A stretch of DNA of 54,112 bases, filler included, from Sphacelaria rigidula (GCA_964200075.2; 5 parts of 5 records of this genome joined end to end with filler, not necessarily neighbours in it), one strand, 5' to 3'; counted from the whole stretch's first letter, positions 1 to 12,883 are shown. Numbers and translations: made by a program. Notes: generated from the letters alone by a model not told the origin.

Positions 1-68
1 AATCATTAGGAGCCCCTGAACCAGACAAAATTTCGCGAAAAAAGTGCACCCCTACCGTAGCATTGCTC
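1..68 (-). mobile_element. Terminal part of a Sola-like non-autonomous TIR element (same family as 24955-25211), inserted in the gag remnant
   Basis: The reverse complement of 1-68 (gagcaatgctacggtaggggtgcacttttttcgcgaaa...) nearly matches 24955-25022. The element is cut by the window edge. Confidence 0.75.
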
Positions 69-2665
69 CACAACCCTAGGTTGTGAACGCGGAGACGTTG
101 AAGGTTTGCCACGTATGGCAGGTGTTAGATTACTCTCCTTGTGTACAAAAGCAGACCACATAGTATCAACGGAGTCGTAACGCACCTCGCGATGCGCCAA
201 GACACCCGGAAACAATGACGCCATCAGAGCCGGACACTGTTGAGCAACGCTATTGCGAACGTAAGTCTGACACATTGCATCGCTCGGTCCATTCTGGCGT
301 CCGACACCCGTCGTACCCGAAACCAAAAGCTTAATTTCGCGGAGATAATCCGCGAGGGGGACATCAGATACGACGACAAAAGAGCTCAGCCTCTGGATGA
401 CGCCAGCTTATTCACTTTTGTCAAAGTAACCTATGAGACGCCTTTCCAAATCAGAGAGTAATTGCGGGCCTGTCTTCCCTTGGGAACGATCCGGATCCAT
501 CTCGGCGAGGAATCCGTCGAGCACCTGCGTCAAAGAAGCAACGAGGTCGGGAGAGCGGCGGCTGGTCGATCGATGTATTGCTTTGTGCAAGGGTGTCTAC
601 CAGCCCTCTACCCAGTCAGAGTCTTCGAAACGTTGTGTGCCAGTCACATCCGCCAAGTGGAGGATGTTACAAACAGTGCGGCGGATGGACGTGATGAGGG
701 CAGAAGTAAACTGGCCCGAATCTTCGTTATCCGCGGCAGGCATGGTTTTGATGTGCCAGAGGTTTTTCACATCCATCTGAATATACTGTCTCTGTATTGC
801 AGCTAGTCGGGCAGACTCAGCTCTATCGGAAGCTGCTTTTTTGCTAGCTTCCGAACGTGCTTTGTCAGTCGCGGCGGTTGCTAAAGCGCGGGCTGCAGTA
901 GAAGACAAAGGACGGTCAGGTGTATCCGTATCGGACAAACCTAAAATGGGGGCCGAAACATCAGCCAACCTAGGAATTACTTGCCTGGAGGTCTCCGAGC
1001 CCGAGGCGGGATGAGCTGCATCGGACCGGTTCCAGGCCGATGCGGATGAGTCGGAAGAGTTGCCTCCGGTATGCTTGCCTTTCGGCTTGCGGGGCGGGCG
1101 GTTTGATCCGGAGTCGCCCGAAGAGGATCCTCCACCGCCATGGCGGCGGCGTGAATTCCCGCCATTGTTATCATCGTCATCGCGACGGTGATTCTTCTTG
1201 TGACCCCGGCAATTGGAGGTCGTGGTGGTCCACCCATCCTCATCTTCGTCATCGTCGCGGAGAGGCGCGGCGGGATCAGAGCTAGAAGCGGCGCGTAGCG
1301 CCGCAAGAAGCTTGGTGACAGTGTCGACGTACCGGTTGAGATTCGGACTATCGCCGATTGTCGCCTGGAGGACCAGTTGGCCCAAGGTGATCGCCGACAC
1401 GCCGTCATCAGGGAAGAAGCCGCCCTGTTTCACGTAGCCGCCAATAACGGCTAACATGTGTTGCGAGATGATGTTCCAAGAGTGGCGGGATCAGTGCAGG
1501 TGATTGTTCCGGTGAAAGGGGCCGGTATAATCGGCCGCAGACCGAGAAAGTCATACTTGTTCGTGTGAAGCAAGTTGCAAGCGTGTAGTGGGGCTGGCAG
1601 TGACCGCCGGGCCAGGTGCACGAGACGGCGTGGGGGCGGCGGTGGTTGTTACAGAGGACGCCCTGCCGGACTTATGTGGTATCAGGTAGTTCGAACTGGT
1701 GGGCGTGGGCTTTCGAGGAGGTCGAGCTTCAAGCAAGTGGTCGGCGGAAGGCGGCGGGGAGAATTGATGGTGAGTCACCCGCGCCATCGACGATTCAGCT
1801 CCTTGCGTAGTTTGCCGAACATGCTCTTGTAGCTCGCGGACCCTCCTTTGTGCCGTTAAGGCTGCAGTCTCCCCTTCCTGCAATGCTCTGTGTGCCGCCG
1901 TCTTGGTGGCTTGGGCTAGTGAAGCCTGTCGCTGAAAGTCCTTCAGCTTGGCAGCATGTTCCTCCGAAAGGAGGCGGACGGCAGCCTCGTCAGCATTGCG
2001 CTGCTGGTCGAGTAGACTGCGAGTTAGCTCCGGGGCTTGGCGCTCATAGTCTTGGATGAGCTGTTCTTGTTCCGCGCGGGGGCGGTCCTGGAACAATCGC
2101 AAGAGCAGCCCGGCGGGGCATTGCTCGACGCCGAGCGGAGGCAGATCCTCTACCGAAGGAGGCAAGCGCACGGAGACGTCCCCGACAGGGGCAGTGGTGG
2201 AACCACTGTCCGCATCAGTGTCTACTGAAAGCTTGGCGGCAGCGGGAGTTGGGGCCGTGGCTGCAGTGGCTGCTGCAGAAGGCGCAGTGACCACGGTAGT
2301 GGTGGCTGCGGCGGTAGAGTGGGAGCGGCGTTGGTGGTCCCCCTCGTAGGCTTAGCAGCAGCGGTAGTGCCCTTGGTGTCCATGGTTGCTGTTGCCAGTT
2401 GTCGTTCAAGATCTGTCAAACGTTGCTGCAGAGAACGAATAAGCGCAGCGTCGGAACGGGACGGTCGTTCGCAGTCAGTGCGTTGTCGTCGTCTGTGCGA
2501 TGAGGTGCGGTCGGGTCCTGCAAGTGAGGATTCCGGGGTCGGTGACATGTCCGAAAATATGTTTTGGATATCGTCAGCATGTACCGTGTTATCATTGCCT
2601 ACATAATGGTTGTGTGACAAAGGCTGAGCAGTAGAGATGGCTACAGTGAACAAAGCCCGTATCAT
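69..2665 (-). pseudogene. gag: Decayed gag-like polyprotein of a Gypsy-type LTR retrotransposon
   Basis: ORFs 1551-2294, 597-1457, 408-590 and 6-326 share one minus-strand frame separated by stops; 2222-2665 joins by a frameshift. A low-complexity/coiled-coil N-terminus is followed by VPFADYLREIKLLVSG...VAQQCPALMASLFPG...YDSVDTMWSAF, which resembles brown-algal Gypsy gag as recalled (not searched). Confidence 0.6.
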
Positions 2666-2938
2666 CCCTGTGATTATACAGGTTCACATTCGTATCGGAC
2701 CAACTCTGAACAGACCTGTACTCTCCGGAACAAAAGCACGCCATGGCTAGAATCGACAACGCGTCTGAAGCGGTATCAACAGACTAATATGCGTCTGCAT
2801 GACAAACCCCCATTATAGCGTATACTCGTAAACACAAGCACACAAAGGACAGGGAGGAGAAACGGACCACGCACGTAAGCGCATGCACATGTTGTATGTG
2901 TGACCTGGTGATTTCAGTGCGATCATTACCGCCATGGG

Positions 2939-3275
2939 TGCTACACACACACATTGATTGTCATGAAGTGATTGATCGATCGATTTATTGACTGACTATT
3001 TGGTGACTGATTGAGTGGTCTGTTTCCAAATGATACCAAGCCGCGTAGGTTTGAGTATAATCGCATGCATGGTTGGAGCAGCGGCAGGGGCCAGGGGATC
3101 CTGGATTGATGGCCTTTTTCTGTGTGGCCCCTTGCTGCCTGGCTCGTGATCTGTTGAGGATCACTCCGTGATCATAAAAAATCAGAAGAAAGGACTTGTC
3201 GAGCACGAGGCCAGTGATACTGGAGGAGTCCCTCGTTGAAAGTCATCTTGTCCAGATCGTCTGGCAGAGGCTACA
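2939..3275. mobile_element. LTR-like segment between two divergent gag regions
   Basis: Starts tgctaca (same terminus as the LTR at 7374), contains the same gattgatcgatcgat motif and ends ...ctaca. A second TG start (tgtcatg) lies at 2959. No paired copy in the window. Confidence 0.4.
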
Positions 3276-3414
3276 ATATCTAGATATTTTCGGCGCTCTG
3301 TTGGGGGAGTCTGGCTGAGGAGAAGGGACCGGAGCTGGAAGCAGTTTGGCCCGGAGACGGAATGAGACAACTTGACGCGCACAGCAGTGGAGGACGCGCT
3401 CCGTGGGCTGGAGG

Positions 3415-4613
3415 ATGCACGAGTCAGGCAAGAGTCTCTCCGTGAAGTGTCTGAATCCTAGACGGCATGGCTCAAGCGGCGGCAGCGCCGCTGATGTTAG
3501 GTGAGTCGCTAGACTCGCCAAAGTATGGCGAGGTGTGAACCGAGGAAGCATCCAGAGTTTTTTACGCCGCATACCTCAACTACATAGAGAGGTTGTACCT
3601 TGCAAATGCTCAAGGGCTTGTGAGGAGCATAGATCAACTCATTCCTACATACATTCATCGGTGCTCTGAAGGCATGTACAAGGATAGTCGGGCTACGACT
3701 CCCGACGAATTGCTAGATGCTGTGAAGCAGCATGCAGGGTACACCATAACCGGCGGCAAGCATTACACTGCGCGGGCTGCAGCAGACCTGCGTAGAATTC
3801 TTACAATGCAGCAAAGCGGTGGAACATCCGTCAAGGATAGAGCGATGATGGTTAGCTCATCGATGGAAACGTTTTTGTTGGAAACTTCACGGTGCAAGCC
3901 GTGTACCGTGCGGAGGACAGGGGCTGGTTGCCAGGCCCGGCCTAGTCGGCTTCTACAGCTTTGGTAGACGGGATTTCGCGTCCGGAATTCAAGGCGTATG
4001 TTAGAAGCGTATTCACGTTTGCTCACGGCTGGAACAAGAATCCAACAGTGGTCTTCAACAACATATTTGATGCCGCCGACCACTGGAACTTCATCGAGGC
4101 GCATGGCCTACGCGACTCTGCGACAAATGCAGGTGGTGCGCGCCGCAAACAACAGCAGCAACAGAAACAGCAGCCGTCTTCGCGAGCGTCGTCCACTCGC
4201 GCGTGTTACAACTGCGGCGACAACGGGCACCTGATTGACGATTGACCCAAGCCTCGCGCTCAAGGCGCTGTTTCAGGAAATGCGCAGGATTCGTCAGGAT
4301 CTCGCGGCGGTCGTCACGGCGGACGGGGCCGTGCCAACCATGGACGCGGGCGCGGCGGCCGCGGCAATCGGCGGCGGATAGTGGTTCCTCCGCTGCTGTT
4401 TCTTTCACTACGTCATCAGGTGGTGACTCTGGATCTTCTGGTTCGTACGTGTCGGGGCGGACAGTGTACGTAGGAAATGCAAGTACTTCGGTGGGGAGTG
4501 CTGGAGCGAATAGTTCGCAGCCCCTCGGCCAGGCAGGATCCGTGTCTGGTGCACCTGCCACTTCTGCGACGGCTGTAACAGCGCCGTCTGCATACTCAGT
4601 GACGTGGTCTAGG
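3415..4613 (+). pseudogene. gag: Gypsy gag remnant with CCHC zinc knuckle
   Basis: Frameshifted ORFs 3593-3967, 3961-4245 and 4242-4616. CYNCGDNGHLIDD* at 4204-4245 is C-x2-C-x4-H-x4-C with the last Cys changed to TGA. Lies directly upstream of pol. Confidence 0.8.
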
Positions 4614-4778
4614 TGAACCGCCGATTCTCAATTATCGATGCCCAGTACTGGAGCGCAGCCCTGGCGTCAGGTAACTCTTGGTACCGACCAGGGCTCATCG
4701 GCAGGTGTGGTGCGTATCGATCACGATGAAGAGTGCTTACGCGCAGGTCTTTCCTTACCTGGTTCCGTAGGTTCTTTC

Positions 4779-7373
4779 ATGGCCCACGTTATTCTGCATT
4801 CTGGGTCAGCGCTCACGTCGATCGGTTGCGGGGTTGCTAGAACAAATGTCTACGCAGTTTGGCGGCGCTCAGCTGCAGATTCCGTCCGAAAACGGACCGC
4901 AAATGGCACAGACCGCCACGGGTGCTCCCGTGACGGTTACACACAAAACGGTGCCGATTGCTGTTAGCGTGCGTACGCCGTGGGGGGCTGTGGAGTTGCA
5001 GCCCATCACGTTCGCTGTCATGCCCGGCAGAGACAACGTGGTTCTGTTTGGGATGGCGACAATGAAGGAGCTCGGGATTGATTTGTATCCGCTAGCGTTG
5101 GATAAGTTACGCCCGCGTGCTGTGCCGATGCAAACCGGCGTGGAAAACCCCAGCTATCTTGCTGCGGGGCGTGTGACCGTATCCATACGGTCGTTCCAAA
5201 GCGCCAATGAGGGGGAGGCTCCTGCGAATGAAGAGGTGGAGCGCTTGGTCTGTCGGGGGCCCGACATGTTCATGGACCCTGCGGAGGGGAGAGGTGCAAG
5301 AGGACGTGCGCTAGAGGATAGCGTGCAGCAGGCCGAGCAGAAGGGCCTGAGCGCCGACGGCGCATATCGACTGCGTGATATTTTGAAACGGCGCGTGGAT
5401 ACATTTCGTCGTGCGCTGCGTGGGGATCCGCCAGCGCGCGTGGAGCCAATGAGGGTGCAGCTCAAGCCACAGACGAAGGTTGTGAAAGCCAAGTCTCCCC
5501 GTTACGATCCGGTGAAGACCGGGTGACTTCATTCATGCATCGCAGCTTTGGTGGCGTTTGATTCATTGGCAATGGACATTCAGGCTGTTTGAGCGAGTCC
5601 AGCGATGGCGGTGCCGAAGCGGGACTCATTCCGTTTGGCCAGCAACTACCAGGCGGTGAATGCGCAGATGGAACAGTCTCCGGGGGTGATGCCAAGCCAA
5701 GAAGACATGCGGGAGTTGCTGGGAGCCCGATGCTTCGGGGAGTTGGACCTGCTACAGGAGTATTGGCAGATGCCTCTTGCGCCGGGGGCTCAGGAGATCT
5801 TCACGATCGTCACTCCTGACGGTTTGTTTACGCCCACTCGTGTCCCACAGGGTGCGTTAAACGCCACGGCGTATTTCCAAGGTGTGCTGACTGACATTTT
5901 GCTAGGTCTAAACTGCAAAGTGTGAGTGGATGACGTTTTTTATTTTGCTGAGACCGAAGAAGCATTGTTAGCTTTGCTTGACGAAATTCTTGGCCGCTTG
6001 GAGAGTATTGGTCTGTTCGTCGCTGCGCATAAGTGCACGTTCTTTGCCCGCGAAGTGGTTTGGTGTGGTAAGGTGTACTCCAAGGGTACTGTTTTGCATG
6101 ATCCCGTCCGCATACAAGGTTTGAGCAATATGCGACGTCCTCAAACCGCTCGTGAGCTGATGCAGGTTCTGCAGGCGGCGAATTGGTTGCGGACTTCGCT
6201 CCCGCGCATGACGGAAGTAGTTGCGCCGCTTCGTGTGTTTTTGAAACAAAGTATGGTCGGGGCTTCGCGTCGGACCAAGCGGGTGCTGCGTAATCGTGTC
6301 ATCCCGGAGGACGCTTGGACGAAGGATCGTGTGCGGGCATGGCGTGCCGCGCAAGATTTGGTGGCGCAAGCCGTGCCGCTGTATCATCCTCGTCCAGGGT
6401 GCGTTGTTCTGATGTTTCCAGATGCTTCGGATTTCCACTGGGATAGGTTTTGAACGCAAGAGCCTGTCGCCGAGTTTAGTAGTGGCATTGCGCTCGAAAA
6501 CATGTCACACGAATCGTTGGCGTTTCTGAGTGGTAGCTTCAAGGGTTCACAGCTGCGGTGGGCGACAGTGGACAAAGCAGGTTCGCGATAGCCGATACAT
6601 TTCGAAGGCTAGAGTACATGCTTTGGAGTGGCGTTCGCATTTTCACCGATCATTGCAGTCTGAAATACATTTGGAACCCCGAAGAGTGTGTCACGTCGAT
6701 GACGACGGCCATGGCGCAACGCTTGAAAGTTGGAAAGGAGTGCTCGGCCGATATCGGTATGCCATCGGACACATCCCTGGAGAGCGCAACTGTTGGGGAG
6801 ATTTGTTGTCTCGCTGGGTGAAGGTTCCTACCGTGCCTGTTCGTTCTGTTGCCGTGTATAGCCCGTGTGATGCCGATGATTCGCTGCCCTCGTTAGATAT
6901 CATTCGTACCGCGCAGCGCAAAACGGTGGGCGATGGTGTGTATTCTTTCCCTACGACGTTCGGTCGAGCTGCCTTGGCTGACGATGGTTTGTTTCGCGTG
7001 CATGATGGCAGTAGTGATGTTTTGTGGATTCCGTCGGATGATAAGGTTCTACAATCTCGCTTGATGGTGTGCGCTCACATGCGGTCGGCTTGTCACCGTG
7101 GTGTGGCGCCGACTCTGTTTCGTTTTGGAAGAATACTGTGTGTGGCCTCACATGCATTCCCTCGTTCGCGAGTTCGTTCGCCAGTGTTTGCATTGTGTAG
7201 ACACTCGTGCTGGTGCGATTTAACCTCGTCCGCATGTTGATACTGTGCATGGTACAGCGCCAGGTGAGGTTGTTCAGTTTGAATTTCTGTACGTCGGAAG
7301 TAGCGGACCTGATGGTGCTGATGGGTTGCCTGATGAGAATGGTTTTCTGTACGAGTTGGTCGTCATGGATGAT
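4779..7373 (+). pseudogene. pol: Ty3/Gypsy pol pseudogene (protease-RT-RNase H-integrase), integrase truncated
   Basis: Protease VILHSGS (D->H) and VLFGMATMKELG. RT FRLASNYQAVN, LDLLQEYWQMPL, PTRVPQGALNATAYFQ, V*VDD. RNase H MFPDASDFHW, HIPGERNCWGDLLSR. Integrase CAHMRSACHRG and EVVQFEFLYVG...LVVMDD. The order PR-RT-RH-IN is Gypsy. In-frame stops at 5524, 5590, 5923 and 6451, plus frameshifts. Confidence 0.93.
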
Positions 7374-8209
7374 TGCTACAGGTTGATCGATCGATCGTTT
7401 ATCGGTTGGTTGGCTCAGGGGTCAACGGGGAGAAGATTTTCTGACACAAAGCTCTCCCTCCCCCCGCTCTCCGCCTCTCGGAGGGCATGTTTTCGAAAAT
7501 CGTCGGACAAGGACTCTACGATGTACCGCATCAGGCACGGAGATTGGATCTGGGCGCGTCGGTGCACCTCTGTCGTCTTGTTATTGTGGTGGGTATTGAA
7601 CAATCCGATCGTCCCGAGACGTGTTCTCGGCCTTTGGGTCTGCCCGATATTTAAAAATAGCATATGCAATCTACTGCTGGGTTTTGTCGAGGTCTGGCTG
7701 AGTCGGGGCTCGTCGCTCGCCTCACGCTGACGGTGCGTGTGCGGGGGCGATGCTCGGGGAAGACGCCATGCCGCATCATGTTCATTTATCTCGTATGCCT
7801 TGCTATGGGCTGTAGAACAGAGTGCTTCCAGCCATTGTTTCGTAGGGGGGTTGTACTATATACATGGGTGTGGATTCATACGGTTGGTTTCGTGATAGCG
7901 CGGGTAGTGTCTGCACTCGATCTTCCCGCATGTCTGCCCGGCTATGGTTTCACGGGCCCTTGACCATGTCCGATCCTGCATTCGCTATTTTCATGGAATG
8001 AGTGTTGTTGCATTCATGAACTTGCCACCCGCTGAACGACTGGCGCATCGGCATCGGGCTGCTGATATTGCTGCATTGTATCATCATCTCGCATATCCGC
8101 GAACCTGAAGAAGGAAACGATTCGAGCGTGTCCGGATTCGGGAAATTCGGATTGTATCCGTCAGGTACGCATCGGATTATATACCTACTAGCTGGAGTGT
8201 CCCGTGACA
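7374..8209 (-). mobile_element. 3' LTR (~836 bp) of a second, minus-strand LTR retrotransposon interrupting the integrase
   Basis: On the minus strand it begins TGTCACGG at 8209 and ends CCTGTAGCA at 7374. It is immediately preceded by the purine-rich tract GGGGCGGTGGA (8210-8220). The integrase frame stops exactly at its edge. Confidence 0.65.
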
Positions 8210-9596
8210 TCCACCGCCCCGCAGCTTCTCACCAGGACAGCGGTCGAGACGAGAAACGACCGAGCACCCTCCCCGGTACCAACACCCATCACAAAACGGA
8301 CTAGTACTCGACTCCGACGCGACCGCTCCTCAATTATCCCACGTGACATGTCAAAACGCATCATGTACAGTACCAACCCTGCAAAACTCGACGGTGGGCG
8401 AAAGTCAATACGCAATCCTTGTTACCTCAATCCTGCTCTCACTCCATCAACACAAGACACACTTTCTGCGGCGCCGAGCATCAGCATTTGCAAACCCCAC
8501 CGCCACCAAATCCCAACTCCACGCCATGCCGTTGTCAGCAGGAGGGATAATATCAAACCACGAATCCCTGTGTCAGCTGCTTGGTTCCGTCGACCATGGG
8601 GGCCAACAAATGGAACGAGGATGTGGACATTGGCGGTAGATAGGGTGGGTTGCGCGGGTAAGTATGCACGCTAACCTGGGCTACAATTACCGCGGGTCTC
8701 TTTGACAAGGGAAAAGATGACGACGACGCGTCGACACGGAAGTGCCTCCGAACCCCAACGCCATCAACAGACGTTACAAGGCGAAGAGCGTCAGTCCGGT
8801 CGAAGTATCTCCTCGTATGGTGGTTCTAGGCGGGCGTTAGGACGGACGCCTCTTCAGTTGTCTGCGAGCACCACATCAATCCGGTGTTGGCGTTGAAGTG
8901 CGAAGGCCGAGGGGGACAGAGTTCGGAGAAAACGGGATGGGGAGGGGTGCAGGTGAGTAGTAGCACAAAGTGGCCAAGTCTCGTGTCCATGCGACAAACA
9001 TCACAGTTCAGGGGGTGGGAATGCAAGTTACAGTAGGACTGACTTCAACAACAGCCCACGCCTGAGATACTTTCCCCCGATCAAAAATCAGGGGCCGGGT
9101 TACCTACCGGCGACTACACCTACATTCTTCGGTGTGAGGAATTCAACTTTGTGGTACGGACACGTGTGGCCCGAACAAGTGGCGGTGTAGCGATGTTTTC
9201 AGACATGAGAAGAAAAACAAAAGGTACGTAGCCGATAGCAGGGGATATGCTGAAGAAAATACTTTGAGCGTGTTCGACTCTGCTCAACGATCGACGTGTA
9301 AAGCCGAAAAGGAGTGATTTTCTATACAGGAAAAAGTGGCACGTGTGCTCAATGTTGTTTCACCGCAGCTCGGCGCAAATAGGTGAAGAGGTTGAATAAG
9401 TTCTTGCTTCTAGCGAAAAACATCATACTCGAGTATTTCCAGGACCGAACAATCCCGAGTGCTCTCGAGGCGTGTGCGCATCACACGTAGCATACGTTTG
9501 GGCTCGAACCGACTCCCATTAAAACAAAACACGTTTCGGACAAGTCATCGCCGGTTCGGATCACCAAATCTCCGACTTTAAAAGGCCTGACTGCTC
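8210..9596 (-). mobile_element. Probable non-coding 3' internal region (with PPT) of the minus-strand LTR element
   Basis: Adjacent to the PPT/LTR. No recognisable protein motif. Right boundary uncertain. Confidence 0.35.
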
Positions 9597-9602
9597 GAGA
9601 GA

Positions 9603-9640
<38 letters not shown>
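9597..9640. repeat. (GA)n microsatellite
   Basis: Direct reading. Confidence 0.95.
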
Positions 9641-9642
<2 letters not shown>

Positions 9643-9649
9643 TAAGGTA

Positions 9650-9830
9650 GATCGCTGCTCAGAAAAGTCTCAACTAATTATGTGCGCCATTCCACGTGCT
9701 CGGGCTGCGCGTATGTGGGTTGCAACTCTGGAAACAAAGCCCTAGGATTGATTCATAGTGTACGAATCAATTACACTAAAATCAAGGAATTTCCCGACGA
9801 ACCATTAATTCGTACGAACCTTGAAACAAA
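9650..9830 (+). repeat. Dispersed repeat, diverged inverted copy at ~40725-40900
   Basis: gcgccattccacgtgc...gtacgaat...cattaattc matches the reverse complement of 40725-40900. Confidence 0.7.
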
Positions 9831-10743
9831 GCACGCCTCCGTGGCCAGTGTGTTATCGGTCTGCTGACTTTGGTCAAGGTTAGCGTTACCATTCGACAAA
9901 AACAAAGCATGTCAACCACTGCCTACTGCCGCCGAACAAGGGCACATCAACCCGCCTCCGTACACCCGTGGAAAAACACATACGACCACGAATCATCATC
10001 CACAGTGTGCTTCGCTCGAGTTCGCAAAAATGCGAAAATAGTCGCATGAGCGTGGAGTTCGTTCGCCAACCCGTCGAAAATCGATTGTTCTCTGTGAAAA
10101 GCAAGCCTGGCAAAGGGTCGGTCGCTAGTGTCTTGCCTATATACCGAACAAACATACAAAAAACACTTATTTCTTCCAGGCACGCGTCGCTGATTATTTG
10201 TACACTGAAATGAAACCCACCGTCACTGAATTCCGAGCAAATGCGTGTATACTGAAAAATACAGTATGCTCAAGAAAACCACCCCGCCCCAGACGGTCTT
10301 ACCCTGTCCTTTGGATAGTCACTTGACGTTGGTGTGCTCATGCCACTCACTGCGTCACTGTATGAGTCGCCTCGACATATGGTTTATCCCTTTTGGAATC
10401 GTTGATGGGCAAGATCATCAATTATTGAAATTTTCTTGGGCAAGATACGGTTGTTTTTCTGCAAGTGTTGATGCAGCCCACCGAAACGATGTATCACTCT
10501 CAGTTCAAGTGTACTCATGTGACAGACACGTGCACCGAACTCGAAGTGACGTTCCCCCGGTGACCAAAGCTTGCGTATGGGAGTTTGTAAATCGTCACTT
10601 TTCCATCAGCGGCTTCAAAAGAGTTAATAAAAAGGCACTGGCGGATGGTCGCGCATAAAACAGTGGTTTCGTGAGATTAAGAGTAGATGATACGATTGAG
10701 AGTGAGAAGCGGCCAATCAGTGAATGAATCGTTTCAGTTCCGA

Positions 10744-10843
10744 NNNNNNNNNNNNNNNNNNNNNNNNNNNNNNNNNNNNNNNNNNNNTTAATTAATTAAN
10801 NNNNNNNNNNNNNNNNNNNNNNNNNNNNNNNNNNNNNNNNNNN
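10744..10843. other. Assembly gap with artificial TTAATTAATTAA linker
   Basis: 100-bp N run with a central six-frame-stop linker, identical in layout to three other gaps. Confidence 0.97.
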
Positions 10844-10901
10844 TGGGTTGCCGTGGCGTGACGCCCTGTCACGTTGTCCGTTTTTGCCGATGGGATGTGG
10901 T

Positions 10902-10980
10902 GGGGGGGGGGCGTACTCATTTGTTTCTTGCCTTAGTCGTTTGACCATTGACCACGCTTCCCTTTCGAGACGGAGCACCG
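10902..10980 (+). repeat. G-run/gtactcat repeat family (copies at 21687-21850 x2 and 32530-32556; related to 25830-26160 and 36060-36435)
   Basis: ggggggcgtactcatttg..gccttagtcgt.tgaccattgaccacgc.tccctttcgaga is shared among the copies. Confidence 0.85.
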
Positions 10981-12779
10981 TTCCTACTCCTAATAGAGAC
11001 ACCTCCGGAGAGGGAGGGGGGCGGGGGGGGGGAGATGCACGAGAACTGATGCCCCCGTCCAGCTTATCGGTTCTTCGTTTTCTCTTCCTCGGCTTGCAGC
11101 GTTAGCGATGGCTCCTCATTGTGTGTCCTCTTTCGCTTTTTCCTCATTCGTTTGTATTTTTGTTGTTTTCGCAATCCTCTCTTTTCCCCTTCTTTTCTGT
11201 CCTTGCTCCTTTTTGTTTGTTCTTGTACGGCCTCCATACTTGAAGCCTTGCGGGAAGGACTCGTCGGGGGATTTCTTCTCGAGATCGTTACCACTTCTCG
11301 GGGAAGCGATTGTCCTCGTTCATTCCTGCTCCTCTTGTTTCCCTCATCCTCATATTCGTTTTAGCCCGCCCTGTTTGATGTCTCGTTTAGTTTGCATACT
11401 TTCCCACTCTCTGATTTCTTCTCGTGGGTGCTTCAGTTTAATCACCCCAAGTGACCGCAGCTAAATCCCCGTAGCGTACCAGTGAAAAGTGCGACAATCA
11501 ATACATGAAGTTAAATCAAATCGACCAGACTATCGTTACGCATGCGCCGTATTTTGACGCAACAACACATCGTCTTTCGATACTCAAACATTCAAATGAA
11601 AAAGATTGTCAAAAAAAAAAGTGGTCGAAAATGGTCGTTACTTTGCTAGAAAAGAACAACAACCAAAATGCGTATGTACCATTATTTTATTTTGGTAATA
11701 ATCAAGGTGTTTGGTGTAACCGTTCGGTCTTGATCGAAATCGAGCAATTTGGGGGACATGCCCTTCGAAGCACAACGAGCTCATTCGTGATTATCTTGAA
11801 CAAAGTATAGTACTACATTACCCGTGCGCCACTCCCCTACCACATCCCTCCGAGAAACTATCATGTTATCAGCTAGCGATATGTTCCTGAATTGGGTGAT
11901 GCGCCCGAACGTCATCTCTTAGTGCGCCCACGCATAACAATTCTGAGATGAGCTGAGAGTACCCGGGATTGGAAAAAATATCACACTGTCAACACATGCA
12001 CGGACGCCACTTGAACATGGAAACTCACGAAGATTTTTCAGGACCTACTATATGTCACCAAGCGGTTAATATTCGCTCATCTCAGACATTCATCACGATT
12101 CTTTCGGGGGAAAATGGCGCAAAACACTGTTTTTTCATTCTTGGGGGGTCAATTGGGTTGGTGAGACTAAGCAAAAATAAATCAACTGTGGGAGTCGAAC
12201 AAAATATTAGAGCTTGGGCGAATTTACAGATATACCCGCAGGAGGTTTTTTAGTGGGATAAGAAAGTGGCATTTGACAGTTGAGATACGAGTATATACTT
12301 CGTATTGTGAAAAGGCGATTCCACGAGGGACATTTGTGGGAATTTTCACCATTCATGAGGTGGTATCCACATCATCCCTCGCCCCTTCATCAGCCTCTTC
12401 CTGCGTTCTTTGACGAGAAGAGGTTTGCAGAGGTAACCTTTTTCGCTCGATAGCGGTTAGGACATTTATGTACCTCTTTTCTCAACATGTCTTCTGCGTG
12501 TGTTGGGTTGCCAAGGCAACAACGTCCGCAGAAGGCTTCTCCGTGAGTTTGTGAGCTCTGCATGCCAGTCACCCACCAGTTTTCTGGTGCTATCACTACC
12601 ATTTTTACGAGTTACTGCATCTTGTGCTTCAGTAGTACTTCATCTTCCTTCTGCAGTGCTTGCCTTTAGTCTTCTATCGCGACAGGGGGTTCAGCAGTCC
12701 CCTCCTCTCGTCGACCGTCAAGTCGAATTTTTTGTGTATCCACGTCATAATGGCGCTCTCCAATGTTAAACAGTGTGTG

Positions 12780-12866
12780 AGAAAAAATCCCAGACCGCTC
12801 CGAGATTTGAACCCACGACCCGACCGTCGGAAGATATCGGAGTCACCAACTGAGCCGCCGGGGGGC
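12780..12866 (-). mobile_element. tRNA-derived SINE head
   Basis: Minus strand: A-box GGCTCAGTTGG and B-box GGTTCAAATC at tRNA spacing, followed by a T-run. No canonical cloverleaf. Confidence 0.65.
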
Positions 12867-12883
12867 CAGTGGACAAGATAAAC

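Noticed and set aside
7950..8674. ORFs in and beside the LTR
   Set aside because: No domain features; chance ORFs in LTR/3' non-coding sequence.
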